A DNA stretch of 64,000 bases. Origin: Candidatus Buchananbacteria bacterium. Its GTDB lineage: Bacteria; Patescibacteriota; Patescibacteriia; Buchananbacterales; UBA6539. Of this stretch, positions 18,883 through 30,000 are shown one piece after another. Every line of letters starts with the position of its first letter. The first letter of the stretch is position 1. The stretch is taken from assembly GCA_013359225.1 (NCBI GenBank), contig JABWCG010000001.1, positions 432,916 through 496,915 on the forward strand, in the 5' to 3' direction. The notes beneath the pieces were generated by a model. That model ran no database searches and had not been told where the DNA came from. It saw only the letters and a program-made list of their open reading frames with translations. Made by a program: the position numbers and the translations under genes.

Positions 18883-21800
18883 TTAGCGTGTGGTTTCAAT
18901 CTTAAAACAATTTTTTCCAACCAATGATTCAACCGATTCTACAAGGGTTTCTGATGAATCAACTAAATAATTAGTAACAATTTTATTAAATCCCTGTCCA
19001 TTTCTCATAACTAAACAAACCTTGTTATGCCCCGGATGCCGGTCAAAGACTTCCTTTAGGCGGTCAGTTAAATTCTGGTCAGCAGTCGAAGGTAAAAGGA
19101 CAAAAGCTGTCCCGCCAATTACCGTTTCCCGGTCATTAGCAACCGGCTTGGCGAAATTTTTTCGGTAAAATCGGTTGCCATCACTCCCATTTCCGGCGGA
19201 ATCAAGCTCCTGAAGGATTGATGAAATATTTTCAGCCCTCATTTCCTTGGCATGATTGCAGATCAGTTTAGCATCGCCGTCCTTATCAGATAAGCGGCAA
19301 TTCATAATAATTACTTTATCCTCCTGCCAAATTTCTGGATTTGACCGCAAAATTGTCGGAAACACCAAAACCTCAATGCCGTTAGTCATGTCTTCTATCC
19401 TAACAAAAAGCATCGGCTCGCCTTTTTTAGTAATTATCTTTTTTACCTTAGTAATAACTCCGGCAACCTTTAAGGCTTGCTCCCCATAACCATTATCCTC
19501 ATTCAGCAAGTCTTTAACCGGCGTGACTTCGTGCCGGATATGATCATGAAACTCTGATAGCGGGTGGGCTGAAACATACAGGCCTAAAAATTCCTTTTCC
19601 CAGTTGAGCCGTTGTTTATCGTCAGCAGGATCAATCGGATCAAGATACAGCTTTGGTAATGACACGGTTGTTGCCATCATACCAAACAAACTAGACTGCA
19701 TGCTATCCGCTTCCTGATTGATATTTTTTATAAAAATAAGAAGCTTATCAATATTGTAAAGCAGTCGATTGCGCTCGCCTAGCGTATCAAGCACTCCAGA
19801 TTTGATCATGGCCTCTAACGATTTTTTATTCAAATCTTTAGTCTTAACTCGACTCAAAAAATCTTCTAGCGTCAAAAATGGTCCATTCCCTTTTCGCTCC
19901 TTAATGACTTCCCTGATAATATTCTCCCCCAAATTTTTTACAGCACTCAGGCCAAACCTAATTTTATTGCTTTTCTTGTCAGCCCGACGCTCAGGAGTGT
20001 CATACACCACGGTAAAAGTTGAAAAACTTTCGTTGATATCCGGCGGCAACACTTCAATTCCCATTTGGCGACACTCCTCAACTTCAATGGCAATACGGTC
20101 AACGTTTCCGTGATCAGCCGTCAATAGTGAAGCCATAAATTCTGAAGGGTAGTGGGCCTTAAGATAAGCTGTCTGATAAGCAATCATTGCATAACACGCA
20201 GCATGAGAACGATTAAACCCATAACGGGCGAACGGTAAAACATAATCCCAAATCTGTTTTGCAATCTTTGGTTTAATACCATTTTTAACCATACCTGCGA
20301 TCATTTTTTCCTCCTGTTTATTCAACAATGCGGCAATTTTTTTGCCGACCGCTTTACGTAAGACGTCAGCTTCGCTATAAGAAAATCCGGCCAATACTCG
20401 GGCGATCTCCATCAGTTGTTCCTGATAAACGATAATACCGTTAGTCTTTTCTAAAATTGGCCGCATCCGTTCATCTAGATACTCCACTTCCCTGCGACCA
20501 TGTTTGGCGCCAATATAATCAGGAATAAACTCCATTGGACCGGGACGATATAAAGAAACCATTGCGATAATATCTTCTAACTCTGTTGGTGCCAACTGCT
20601 TTAGATAGCGTTTCATCCCGGAACTTTCTAGCTGAAATACTCCCGTAGTCTCAGCCCGTTGAAACACTCCAAACGTCTTCTTGTCATCAAGCGGTAAACG
20701 GTCAATTTTAATCTCAATCCCCAGTGCCTTGGTTAAAATTTCTAAAGTATTTTCAATAATGGTTAAATTTTTCAAGCCCAATAAGTCAATTTTCAACAAG
20801 CCCAACTCTTCAATTGCATGCATCTCATACTGGGTTACAATTTCATTTTCATCCTGGCTTGAGCGTTGGCGAGGGATATAAGCATCCATTGAATCCGGTG
20901 TAACTACAACACCGCAAGCGTGGGTTGAGGCATGGCGAGCACATCCCTCTAACTTTTTAGCAATTTCAAGCAATCGTCGGCCGTCCGGCTCAACCATCAC
21001 TGCCTGCAAATCAGGTACTGTTTTGATGGCATCGTCAAGCGACGTAAACATAGGAATCATTTTTGCCACTTTATCACAATAAGCATACGGCAGCCCCATT
21101 ACCCGGCCAACGTCTCTAATCGCCGCCCGGGCAGCCATCGTTCCAAAAGTGATAATTTGTGCCACATGATCATTGCCGTATTTTTGGGAAACATAACTAA
21201 TAACTTCGTCACGTCTCGTATCCGCAAAGTCAGAGTCAATATCAGGCATTGATATTCTTTCGGGGTTCAAAAATCTTTCAAAAATCAAATTATACTGCAA
21301 GGGATCAATATTGGTAATATTGGTTAAATAAGCAACTAAACTGCCGGCCGCTGACCCACGGCCCGGGCCGACAACAATATCGTTATTTTTTGCCCAATTA
21401 ATAAAGTCAGAAACAATCAAAAAGTAAGAAGCAAAACCAGTCTTCTTGATAATATCAAGCTCATACGTAAGTCGTTGTCTAATATTTGATGCGACATCAG
21501 TTGTGCCGTATCGTATTTTTAAGCCTTGTTCACAAAGCTCCTTTAAAAATTCAATATCTGTTTTGCCGCTAGGCACCTCAAAATGAGGCAGCAACGTTTT
21601 GCCAAGTTCAAGTTCAACATTGCAGCTCTCAGCAATTTTCAAAGTATTAGCGATAACCTCCGGGTGGTCTTTCCAAATTGCCTGCATTTCCGCCGGAGTT
21701 TTCATGGAAAAATCTTCCCCCATATAGCTCATCCGGTCCGTATCAGCTAAAGTTCTTTTGGTTTGAATACACAACAAGACATCCTGAGCATAATCATCGT

Positions 21801-22437
21801 CAGAATTCAGATAGTGGATATCGTTTGTTGCTACAATCGGTATGCCTAATTTTTCTCCCAGCGCAAAAATTTTTTTATTTACCTGTGCCTGGTGGTTAAT
21901 ATTGGGGTGATGTTGAACCTCTAAATAGTAATTCCCCTCCCCAAAAAGTTTAAGATATCGCTTGGCCGTTTCTTCGGCAGCAATATCATCACCATTCACA
22001 ATATGCTTAGAAACTTCTCCCGCCAAACAAGCCGAAGTACAGATCAAACCCTCGTGATATTTTTCTAGCAATTCAAAATCAATTCTTGGTTTATAATAAA
22101 ACCCATCAAGATGGGCAATGCTTGTTAATTTAATCAAATTTTGATAGCCTTCGAGATTTTTCGCTAATAAGATCAAATGATACGGACTCGTATCAATATT
22201 CGGCCGCTTATTAAGGTGACCATTTCGAGCAACGTATGCCTCAACCCCCAGAATCGGCTTAATTCCGGCCTTTTTTGCTTTTTGATAAAACTCGACCAAA
22301 CCATACATAACGCCGTGGTCAGTCAATGCCAAAGCTGGCATGTTGTATTGCTTGGCTTTTGCAACCAGCTGATCAATTTTTGACAAGCCGTCGAGTAATG
22401 AAAAATGAGAATGGGTATGGAGATGGACAAAAGACAT
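18883..22437 (-). CDS. dnaE: DNA polymerase III alpha subunit
   Basis: 1184 aa. The N-terminal PHP domain (HLHTHSHFSLLDG) is present. The polymerase core and an OB fold are present. Confidence 0.95.
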   Translation of the reverse strand: MSFVHLHTHSHFSLLDGLSKIDQLVAKAKQYNMPALALTDHGVMYGLVEFYQKAKKAGIKPILGVEAYVARNGHLNKRPNIDTSPYHLILLAKNLEGYQNLIKLTSIAHLDGFYYKPRIDFELLEKYHEGLICTSACLAGEVSKHIVNGDDIAAEETAKRYLKLFGEGNYYLEVQHHPNINHQAQVNKKIFALGEKLGIPIVATNDIHYLNSDDDYAQDVLLCIQTKRTLADTDRMSYMGEDFSMKTPAEMQAIWKDHPEVIANTLKIAESCNVELELGKTLLPHFEVPSGKTDIEFLKELCEQGLKIRYGTTDVASNIRQRLTYELDIIKKTGFASYFLIVSDFINWAKNNDIVVGPGRGSAAGSLVAYLTNITNIDPLQYNLIFERFLNPERISMPDIDSDFADTRRDEVISYVSQKYGNDHVAQIITFGTMAARAAIRDVGRVMGLPYAYCDKVAKMIPMFTSLDDAIKTVPDLQAVMVEPDGRRLLEIAKKLEGCARHASTHACGVVVTPDSMDAYIPRQRSSQDENEIVTQYEMHAIEELGLLKIDLLGLKNLTIIENTLEILTKALGIEIKIDRLPLDDKKTFGVFQRAETTGVFQLESSGMKRYLKQLAPTELEDIIAMVSLYRPGPMEFIPDYIGAKHGRREVEYLDERMRPILEKTNGIIVYQEQLMEIARVLAGFSYSEADVLRKAVGKKIAALLNKQEEKMIAGMVKNGIKPKIAKQIWDYVLPFARYGFNRSHAACYAMIAYQTAYLKAHYPSEFMASLLTADHGNVDRIAIEVEECRQMGIEVLPPDINESFSTFTVVYDTPERRADKKSNKIRFGLSAVKNLGENIIREVIKERKGNGPFLTLEDFLSRVKTKDLNKKSLEAMIKSGVLDTLGERNRLLYNIDKLLIFIKNINQEADSMQSSLFGMMATTVSLPKLYLDPIDPADDKQRLNWEKEFLGLYVSAHPLSEFHDHIRHEVTPVKDLLNEDNGYGEQALKVAGVITKVKKIITKKGEPMLFVRIEDMTNGIEVLVFPTILRSNPEIWQEDKVIIMNCRLSDKDGDAKLICNHAKEMRAENISSILQELDSAGNGSDGNRFYRKNFAKPVANDRETVIGGTAFVLLPSTADQNLTDRLKEVFDRHPGHNKVCLVMRNGQGFNKIVTNYLVDSSETLVESVESLVGKNCFKIETTR

Positions 22438-22520
22438 AATTAAATATTTCTGGAAGTCTTAAATGATTAAATGACCCCCAAGGAAAGCAGCGCTTTCCCT
22501 CAAACTTGATTTTATTAAAC

Positions 22521-22826
22521 CTACTTTCGGCGTTTCTTGTTTGCCGGACCGGAATTTTTCTGTTTTTCCATTAAAAACCCAACCAGTTTGATTACTGAAT
22601 CAGAAATCATCGCCGCATGATTCGAGCCTTTCTCTAATTTATCCTTAATCAATTTTAAAATTTTATCAACTAGCTCCAACTTTTCGCGGGCGCTGATAGT
22701 CATCTTGCTAATATTTTTAAGCATGACAATCACATAATAAACCGCCCAGCAAGCAAAAACGGTAAAAAGAAAGATTGACAACGCAATGGTCAAAAAAAGT
22801 ATGTCTTTTGATGATTCAATAATCAT
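22521..22826 (-). CDS. Hypothetical small membrane protein (101 aa)
   Basis: One TM helix plus a lysine-rich tail. It lies between pheT and dnaE on the same strand. Confidence 0.4.
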   Translation of the reverse strand: MIIESSKDILFLTIALSIFLFTVFACWAVYYVIVMLKNISKMTISAREKLELVDKILKLIKDKLEKGSNHAAMISDSVIKLVGFLMEKQKNSGPANKKRRK

Positions 22827-22855
22827 ATAATTTTTGTTTTAAGATTTATCCTAAT

Positions 22856-25231
22856 TTATTTTCTAATTTGCGCGCCAAATAGCTGAACTAACTTCTTTTC
22901 AACCGCTAATAAAACCCGATCAATTTCTTCTGATTTTAACGTTCGTTCCGGAGACCTGAATGTCAACCGAAACGCTAAACTCTTTTTGCCATCGCCAATA
23001 TTTTGATTCACAAACGTACTCAGATAGTTAACTGAAACAATTAAATTATCGATTCCTGACACTTTAGCAAAAACGTCGCCCCAGGCAACCCCTTGATCCA
23101 CAATAATTGCCATATCACGCGTGGCACTTGGAAATTCCGGCAAAGGCTCAAAAATATTTTCCGCTTTGGCATGAGCGGTTAACAGCTGGAAATTAAAATC
23201 AACTAATGCTACGCCGCGATTAATCCCAAATCGTTCTCGGATTTCAGCTTTGGGAATACCAAACTGGCCTAAAAATTCTTCGCCCAAATAAACATCAAGA
23301 CATCTGCCCGCTTCCCAGATCGGACAATTGTCATCCGTCGACTTAAACGTGTAATTAGTAATCCCCATTTTTTTAAGCAGAAACTCGGTTGTCCCTTTAG
23401 CCAGAGAAAACACGGCTGACTGCTCGTCAACTACCGCGGCAGTTAATTTTAAAAGTTCTTTTGGCAAATCGTTAGTCTTAGCCGGGATATAAATATTGCT
23501 TAATTCAAAGATTTTTTGTGTTTGATAGTTATTCAGGTTGTCTGAAACATTCTGTAGCATTTGAGGCAACAAGGTATTTCTCATATACACCATATCTTCG
23601 TTAAGCGGATTATCAATTTTAACTGCCGGCGCAGACGAATACCCCATTGTTGCCAATAATTTTTCCGATACCATTGAATAATTATAGACTTCACTAAACC
23701 CTAAGCCGGATAAACAATTCTTAACCTTTTTCTCCCAATAAAAAATTGGGTCTTTTACTTCAACTGGCACCTGGCCGCTCGGCAATGAAACCGGCAGCTT
23801 ATGATAGCCATATACACGGGCAATCTCTTCAATCAAATCGTGACTGGCGGTAACATCATATGCCCGATACCAAGGAACTATCACCTTAAACCTGGCGCTT
23901 CCTGAAACTTCAAATCCTAAATTGGTCAAAATATTTTTTATTTCGCTTGGTTTTAATTCCACCCCTAAATATCGTTTGACATCAGTAAGGTCTAATTCAA
24001 TTTTTTTAGGTTTATATGGCTGATCATAAATATCAACAATCGGCGAGGCCACCTGGCCGCCCGCCAACGCCTGAGTTAATTCAATTGCTCGCAAGATTCC
24101 AACAAAGGTTGATTCCGGATGGAGATTTTTTTCAAATAGGTCTGAGGATGCTGAATGTAAATTCAGCTCCCGGGCCGTTTTTCTGGTTGCTAGCGGATCA
24201 AATGTCGCCGATTCAAAAATAATTGTCTTAGTGTTTTCATATGCCGCCGAATCGGCGCCACCCATAACACCGGCAATAGCAACGGCGCGCTGACTGTCGG
24301 CAATCACCAGATGATTTGGCTGAAGCTGATATGTTTGTCCGTCAAGGGCCAATACTGTTTCACCTTTTTTAGCCAAGCGAACAATAATCTCCTGGCCGCT
24401 AATTTTATCATAATCAAAAACATGCATCGGCCGGCCGTATTCTAAAAGAATATAATTCGTAATATCAACCAAATTATTAATCGGCCTCATGCCGGCAGCA
24501 ATCAGGCGTAGCTGCATCCAAAGCGGTGACGGACCAACAGTAATATTCGTCATTACCACTGCATTATATCTCGGACACAGTTTTGATTCCTTTACATTTA
24601 TTCCAAGCGGCAAATCATGGACTGATTTTAATTTTGGTTCAGCCAGTTTGGTCAAAAAGGTGCCCCCCAGCACCGCCGCGGCATCCCGTGCCAATCCGAC
24701 AACCGACATTGCGTCAGTCCGATTGGAAGTTACCTCAATATCCAAGACATAGTCGTCAAAATCAAAAACTTCTTCAAATTTTTTTCCAATTTTTGTATCG
24801 GACGGCAGTACCATAATGCCAGAATGGTCTTCACCTAATCCTAATTCCCGGGGAGAACAAATCATGCCATCGCTCTCGATATCTCTAATTTTTGCTTTTT
24901 TGATTTCAAAAGTCGTACCATCCTGATCAATTACCTGCGCTCCGACCCGTGCTAGCGGCACCACCTGCCCAACCGCTATATTAGGTGCACCGCAAACTAC
25001 CGTCTGTTTACCCTGGCCAGTATCAACAGTCGCTAAACGTAACCGGTCGGCGTTAGGATGAGGATTAATTTCTAAAATTTTTGCCGTTATTACATTTCTA
25101 AACGGCGGCCGGATCGGACGAAACCGATCAATAGTCTGACTGCGCAAAGAAAACTCCTTAACAAACTCCTCAACAGATTTATTTGTTTTGAGGTACTCTT
25201 TTATCCAGTTGTAAGAAAGTGATAAATTCAT
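22856..25231 (-). CDS. pheT: Phenylalanyl-tRNA synthetase beta subunit
   Basis: 791 aa with tRNA-binding, B3/B4, B5 and FDX-ACB domains. It lies downstream of pheS. Confidence 0.93.
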   Translation of the reverse strand: MNLSLSYNWIKEYLKTNKSVEEFVKEFSLRSQTIDRFRPIRPPFRNVITAKILEINPHPNADRLRLATVDTGQGKQTVVCGAPNIAVGQVVPLARVGAQVIDQDGTTFEIKKAKIRDIESDGMICSPRELGLGEDHSGIMVLPSDTKIGKKFEEVFDFDDYVLDIEVTSNRTDAMSVVGLARDAAAVLGGTFLTKLAEPKLKSVHDLPLGINVKESKLCPRYNAVVMTNITVGPSPLWMQLRLIAAGMRPINNLVDITNYILLEYGRPMHVFDYDKISGQEIIVRLAKKGETVLALDGQTYQLQPNHLVIADSQRAVAIAGVMGGADSAAYENTKTIIFESATFDPLATRKTARELNLHSASSDLFEKNLHPESTFVGILRAIELTQALAGGQVASPIVDIYDQPYKPKKIELDLTDVKRYLGVELKPSEIKNILTNLGFEVSGSARFKVIVPWYRAYDVTASHDLIEEIARVYGYHKLPVSLPSGQVPVEVKDPIFYWEKKVKNCLSGLGFSEVYNYSMVSEKLLATMGYSSAPAVKIDNPLNEDMVYMRNTLLPQMLQNVSDNLNNYQTQKIFELSNIYIPAKTNDLPKELLKLTAAVVDEQSAVFSLAKGTTEFLLKKMGITNYTFKSTDDNCPIWEAGRCLDVYLGEEFLGQFGIPKAEIRERFGINRGVALVDFNFQLLTAHAKAENIFEPLPEFPSATRDMAIIVDQGVAWGDVFAKVSGIDNLIVSVNYLSTFVNQNIGDGKKSLAFRLTFRSPERTLKSEEIDRVLLAVEKKLVQLFGAQIRK

Positions 25232-25238
25232 GGATAAA

Positions 25239-26270
25239 TTAAAACTGTTTTAAAAACCGTAAATCGTTTTGGTACATCATCCTAATGTCAGGGATACGCA
25301 GGCCGGATTTCATCATATAAGTGCGCTCAACTCCCCAACCAAACGCAAAACCGGAATATTTTTTTGCGTCAATTTTGCCAGCTTTCAAGACATTCGGATG
25401 CACCATTCCAGCACCGCCAAGCTCTAGCCAGCCGCTCTTACACATTTTACACCCCTTACCAAGACATAGCCCGCAAGAAACATCAATTTCAAAACTCGGT
25501 TCGGTGAATTGAAAATGAAACGGCCTAATCCTCGCTTGGCGTTCCGGTCCAAAAAAATTCTTAACAAAATAATCAAGCGTTCCTTTCAGATCGGCGATGG
25601 TAACATCTTTATCAATTAACAACCCCTCAAACTGATGAAACATCGGAACATGACTAACGTCAATTTGTCGCCGATAACATTTTGATATGTTCATCATTCT
25701 AATTGGCAGATTTCCCTTTTCCATCTCCCGTACTTGCCCCGATGAGGTGTGCGGTGTTAACACTCGCTGCCCTTTGGGGCCCACTGGCTTTGGATCAATA
25801 AAAAAGGTTTCCCACTCATCACGGGCCGGATGATCAGTTGGCATATTTAAAGCTTCAAACGCATAATAGTCCCATTCGACTTCCGGATATCGCCGCCGGA
25901 TAAAACCTAAGCGCTCAAATGTTTCTGAAATTTCCTCAATCGCTTTAGTCACTAAATGCAAACTGCCTTCTGGAAACTGGTACCCAGGCACTGTGACGTC
26001 AAAACTGTCCGCCCGGCCACCCTGAGTTTTGAGCCGTTGATTGGTTTTACTTATTTCTTCAGTAATTTTATTTTTTAACTGATTAGCCAAATGTCCAACA
26101 ATCTTTCTTTCTTCTTCCTGCAAATCTTTCAAGCCACGCAAAACATCTGTCAGTACACCGGCCTTGCGACCGAGATACTTAATATCCAGTCGCGCCAAAT
26201 CATCAAGGTTGGTGACCCCGGCGATATCTTGCTCAAACTCTTGTTGTATTTTTGCTAGTTGTTCATTCAT
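25239..26270 (-). CDS. pheS: Phenylalanyl-tRNA synthetase alpha subunit
   Basis: 343 aa with the class II core motifs (FHQFEGL, GWGVERT). Confidence 0.93.
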   Translation of the reverse strand: MNEQLAKIQQEFEQDIAGVTNLDDLARLDIKYLGRKAGVLTDVLRGLKDLQEEERKIVGHLANQLKNKITEEISKTNQRLKTQGGRADSFDVTVPGYQFPEGSLHLVTKAIEEISETFERLGFIRRRYPEVEWDYYAFEALNMPTDHPARDEWETFFIDPKPVGPKGQRVLTPHTSSGQVREMEKGNLPIRMMNISKCYRRQIDVSHVPMFHQFEGLLIDKDVTIADLKGTLDYFVKNFFGPERQARIRPFHFQFTEPSFEIDVSCGLCLGKGCKMCKSGWLELGGAGMVHPNVLKAGKIDAKKYSGFAFGWGVERTYMMKSGLRIPDIRMMYQNDLRFLKQF

Positions 26271-26662
26271 AAATTGCTATGCGGACGCTGTTTCTGAGAA
26301 GAGATAAAGAAAAATTCCAAAACCGTTAAAGCCATCATGTACAAAATCAAATTCCACCAATACAGCAAGCCATATCCTTTAAGAACCGTCCAACCAACCA
26401 CCAGCAACGTCAATAATATCGCATGGCGAATTGAAGTTTTTAGACGGTGATATGGCATTTGTTTTTTTAACAATTTAGCTTTAACTAAATCGCCGATAAC
26501 AAACACCGTGCCGCCAAAAGCCATAAAAAAACTAAGGTAAAACAAGCTAAATCCGATAAAACTAATCTGAGTCGGATCAAAATAAAAAAGAACCGCCACC
26601 CAAGTAACCCATGAGATGATAGTCCCCAAAATAATTAAAGTTAAAAATAGTCGATAGTTCAT
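26267..26662 (-). CDS. Hypothetical membrane protein (131 aa, 4 TM helices)
   Basis: Hydrophobic ORF whose stop overlaps the pheS start by 4 nt (translational coupling). Confidence 0.5.
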   Translation of the reverse strand: MNYRLFLTLIILGTIISWVTWVAVLFYFDPTQISFIGFSLFYLSFFMAFGGTVFVIGDLVKAKLLKKQMPYHRLKTSIRHAILLTLLVVGWTVLKGYGLLYWWNLILYMMALTVLEFFFISSQKQRPHSNL

Positions 26663-26725
26663 ATCTTAACTATTCTATTATAACAAAAAAAGATTGGCCA
26701 GGCAATCAAAAAAATAATCAAAAAA

Positions 26726-27022
26726 CTAGGCCAAAAACCGTAAGCTCGAAACAACTCTCTTATGGTAGAAACTATTAAGATTTTTCAAAATATAGGGCTC
26801 CTGAGCCTTTAATTTCTCAGCTAAAACTGAAGAAAGACACGTTACCGACAATACGCCATTTTTCAGATAAAGCGGCTTAACTTTGGCGAATACTTTTGGT
26901 TCGAACATTACTTCCATAACATTGGAAAAATCTTCCAAAACTTTTGCCTCCTGGACCTGCTGCTGAATACCCGCCTTCTTGACTGATCGATCAAGTAATT
27001 TTTCGATTTTTGTAAAACCCAT
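26726..27022 (-). CDS. DUF721/DciA-like protein (putative replicative-helicase loader)
   Basis: 98 aa. The C-terminal motif VLSVTCLSSVLAEKLKAQEPYILKNLN matches the DUF721 signature (V.V..SS.WA.EL......I...LN). It is translationally abutted to the upstream helicase-nuclease gene. Confidence 0.5.
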   Translation of the reverse strand: MGFTKIEKLLDRSVKKAGIQQQVQEAKVLEDFSNVMEVMFEPKVFAKVKPLYLKNGVLSVTCLSSVLAEKLKAQEPYILKNLNSFYHKRVVSSLRFLA

Positions 27023-30000
27023 TTATAAATTGTTTAAATTATTAAAGCGGCAGGTACAATCGGATTTTTTCGCCGGCCACGGATATTCCAAGATGGCTTT
27101 AATAGTTTTTACCATTTTGCGCGACAAGTTATCCAAATCTTTTTGGGAACCGATAAAAGACGCCTTGGTACCGTCTTCCAAATAATAGTACGTCAATTTT
27201 TCAACGGTTTCTCCGAGATGCTGACTTGCAGCTAATTGATAAATTAATAACTGGTTTTTATCTTCTGGCTCTAGGCGATCCTGTTTCTTGCTAGCGCCAG
27301 TCTTATAATCAATTAGCTCAACACCATTATTAATCTGATCAACCCGGTCGATTTTACCAATCAGCGTATAATGCTCACCGCTCTCTTCATCTTTTAAATG
27401 AAGATTAAAAGGCGTTTCTAAAAATTTTGGCACTGTTAATTCTTTTTCATACTGCTGATAGAAATCTTTAAGCATTCGTCGGCCATTGGCCTTGTATTCG
27501 TCATGCTCTCGGCGAGTACCATACCAATCATCAATCCAAACCCGTTCGTAAATTTCCAACAACTCTTCCAAGCTAACCAGTGGTTTTTTGACAGCCGTTA
27601 AGCCCTTTTTACTACCAAATAAATCTTGCTGGCCAACATCTGAACGTTCTTTCACCTTTAAAAAGAAATTCTGCAAAGTGGCGTGGATTGAAGAACCAAA
27701 CGAAAAAAAGTTTTTACCGCGCTGCGGAATCTTTAGGATATACTCCAACCAATAATGATAGGGACAGTTTTCAAAAGAGTTTAGCTGAGTGAAAGAAAAC
27801 TTTTTTGGCAACAAATAGCTAATGTCGTCAGACTCGATTTTTCTGACCGTAACTTCCGAGGCGGACGGTGCCAACTTGAGCTTATGTTTAACAGTTTTTT
27901 CTTCAGGCTGGTCAAGCGGCAACCCGAGCGTTGCCAACTCCGCCAAAAACCGAGAAATCTTTTTTTGCCGGCTGCCACCGTAATCTGAAGCGCTCGTTAA
28001 ATACAATCCGGATTTTGCCCGCGTCATGGCCACATAAAAAAGCCGGCGCTCTTCTTGCAAGTGTACATCGCCTTGAGGCAAAATTTCTTTCACCAAAGAA
28101 TCGGGCAGACTAATGGGATCGGGACGATTATCAGTCGGAAATCGCCGGTCAACCATCGTGACTACCCACACATACTGAAATTCCAGCCCTTTAGCAGCAT
28201 GAATCGTCATCACTTTAACCGCGTCCGGACCCTCATCCATATTTTGTTCCAAATCCCCCGTCTGACCGGCTTCCAACTCAAGATTCATTAATTCCAAAAA
28301 ATTCTTGACTGACGGATCTTGCGCCGACTGTTCAAAATCATTAATTCGTTTATAAAACTGATTTAAATATGCCGTCGTTTGAATCATTTCCGCGTTCTCA
28401 TCCTTAGTCATATGTTGCAGATAACCAGAGTCTTCCAAGAAGGCCATAACCACTTCTGTCACCGATCTATCACGGGCAATTTGAGTGTGACGCTCTACTA
28501 AGCCTAAAAATTTCTGAATTTTTGATCTGGTATCCATGTCGGCCTGACGAACCACTTCTGGTTGCTGTATTGTTGCAAATAATGAATAGCCTTTGCGACG
28601 CGCCCAGTAATTAAGCTGAACAATTGTCCGGTCTGGCAAACCAACGATTGGTGAATTTAAAATCCGGTATACCGCGCTGCTTTCATGATAATCATCCAGC
28701 AACCTCAGATAAGCCAAAATATCCAATACCACTGGTTTTAAATAAAGGCCGCGCGACGCCACAAAGCGGTACGGAATTTGAGTTTGACTCAATGCCTGAG
28801 AAAAAAAGTTGGCGACTTCATTTGTTCGGGCCAAAATAGCAAAATCGCCCCAACTGGCATCCGGATTTTTTTCTTTCAGATCAGCAATGTGCTTAAGCAC
28901 TGCCCGGACTTCATCGTCGGCCGTCTCAAAATGAAAGTGACAAATTTCTCCCTTCTCCTTATTTTGAGAAATTAATTTTTTTGTTAAGGCGGCCGGCGCT
29001 TTTTTATTCTTTGCCAATTTTACCTCAAGCCGGTTTGGATTATTCTGCTGAATAAAACTATATGATAAATCAAGAATATTTTGGGTTGAACGATAATTTT
29101 TTGTCAGAAAAACTTCTTTGGAATTTTTATAATCTTTTTTAAACTCTAAAATATTAGAAACCGACGCCCCGCGAAATTTATAAATTGACTGATCATCATC
29201 ACCGACTACAGTAATATTTTGATTGGGTTCAGCTAATAATTTTACCAACTCATACTGGGCATAATTGGTGTCTTGAAATTCATCAACTAAAATATATTTA
29301 AACTTCTGGCGATATTTAGCTAATACAGCCGGCCGAGTTTTAAACAGTTTTAAACAATAGTTAATCAAGTCGCCAAAATCAAGCGCGTTATTTTCCAGCA
29401 GCAATTGCTGATAGACGTGATAGGCATTAGCCACTTCCTGTACTTTTTTAATTTCTTGTGCTACTAATTCTTTTCGTTCTTGCTTACTTAATGTTTTAAT
29501 TTCATCCTGACTCAAAAAATCTTTAATAAAATCAGCCCCGTCGGCGTTTAGTTGTAAATTTTTAGCGTATTCCAAATAATCCTGGGCTGAGATAACTTCA
29601 TCTTTTGCCCGCGAGAAAAGTTTGATTAACGCATGAATGAATTTAGTCGGATTGCCAAGCGGTTTATAAAAATCAAGTTCAAATTTATCTAGGTTCTGCC
29701 TGATCAGCATCCACTGTTCCGTTTGGTTTAACATTTTAAAATCATTAGGCACACCAATCTCAAGCGCATGTTGCTGCAAAATTTTTTCGGCAAAGGCGTG
29801 AAAAGTTAAGATCCATAAATCAACATAGCCATACGGCAACAGTCGATCAACCCGTTCTGCCATTTCGGTGGCCGCTTTTTCCGTAAACGTTAAAGCCAAA
29901 ACCTCGTCCGCCTTAGCTTTCTCCTGTTCAATCAACCAGCCAATCCGTTGAGTAATTACCGTCGTTTTCCCGGTTCCCGCACCGGCGACAATCAAAAGAG

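Noticed and set aside
22438-22520. Hairpin GGAAAGC-AGC-GCTTTCC between dnaE and the 101-aa gene as a terminator
   Set aside because: No U-tract follows on either strand. It more likely sits in the dnaE leader or an inter-cistronic region.
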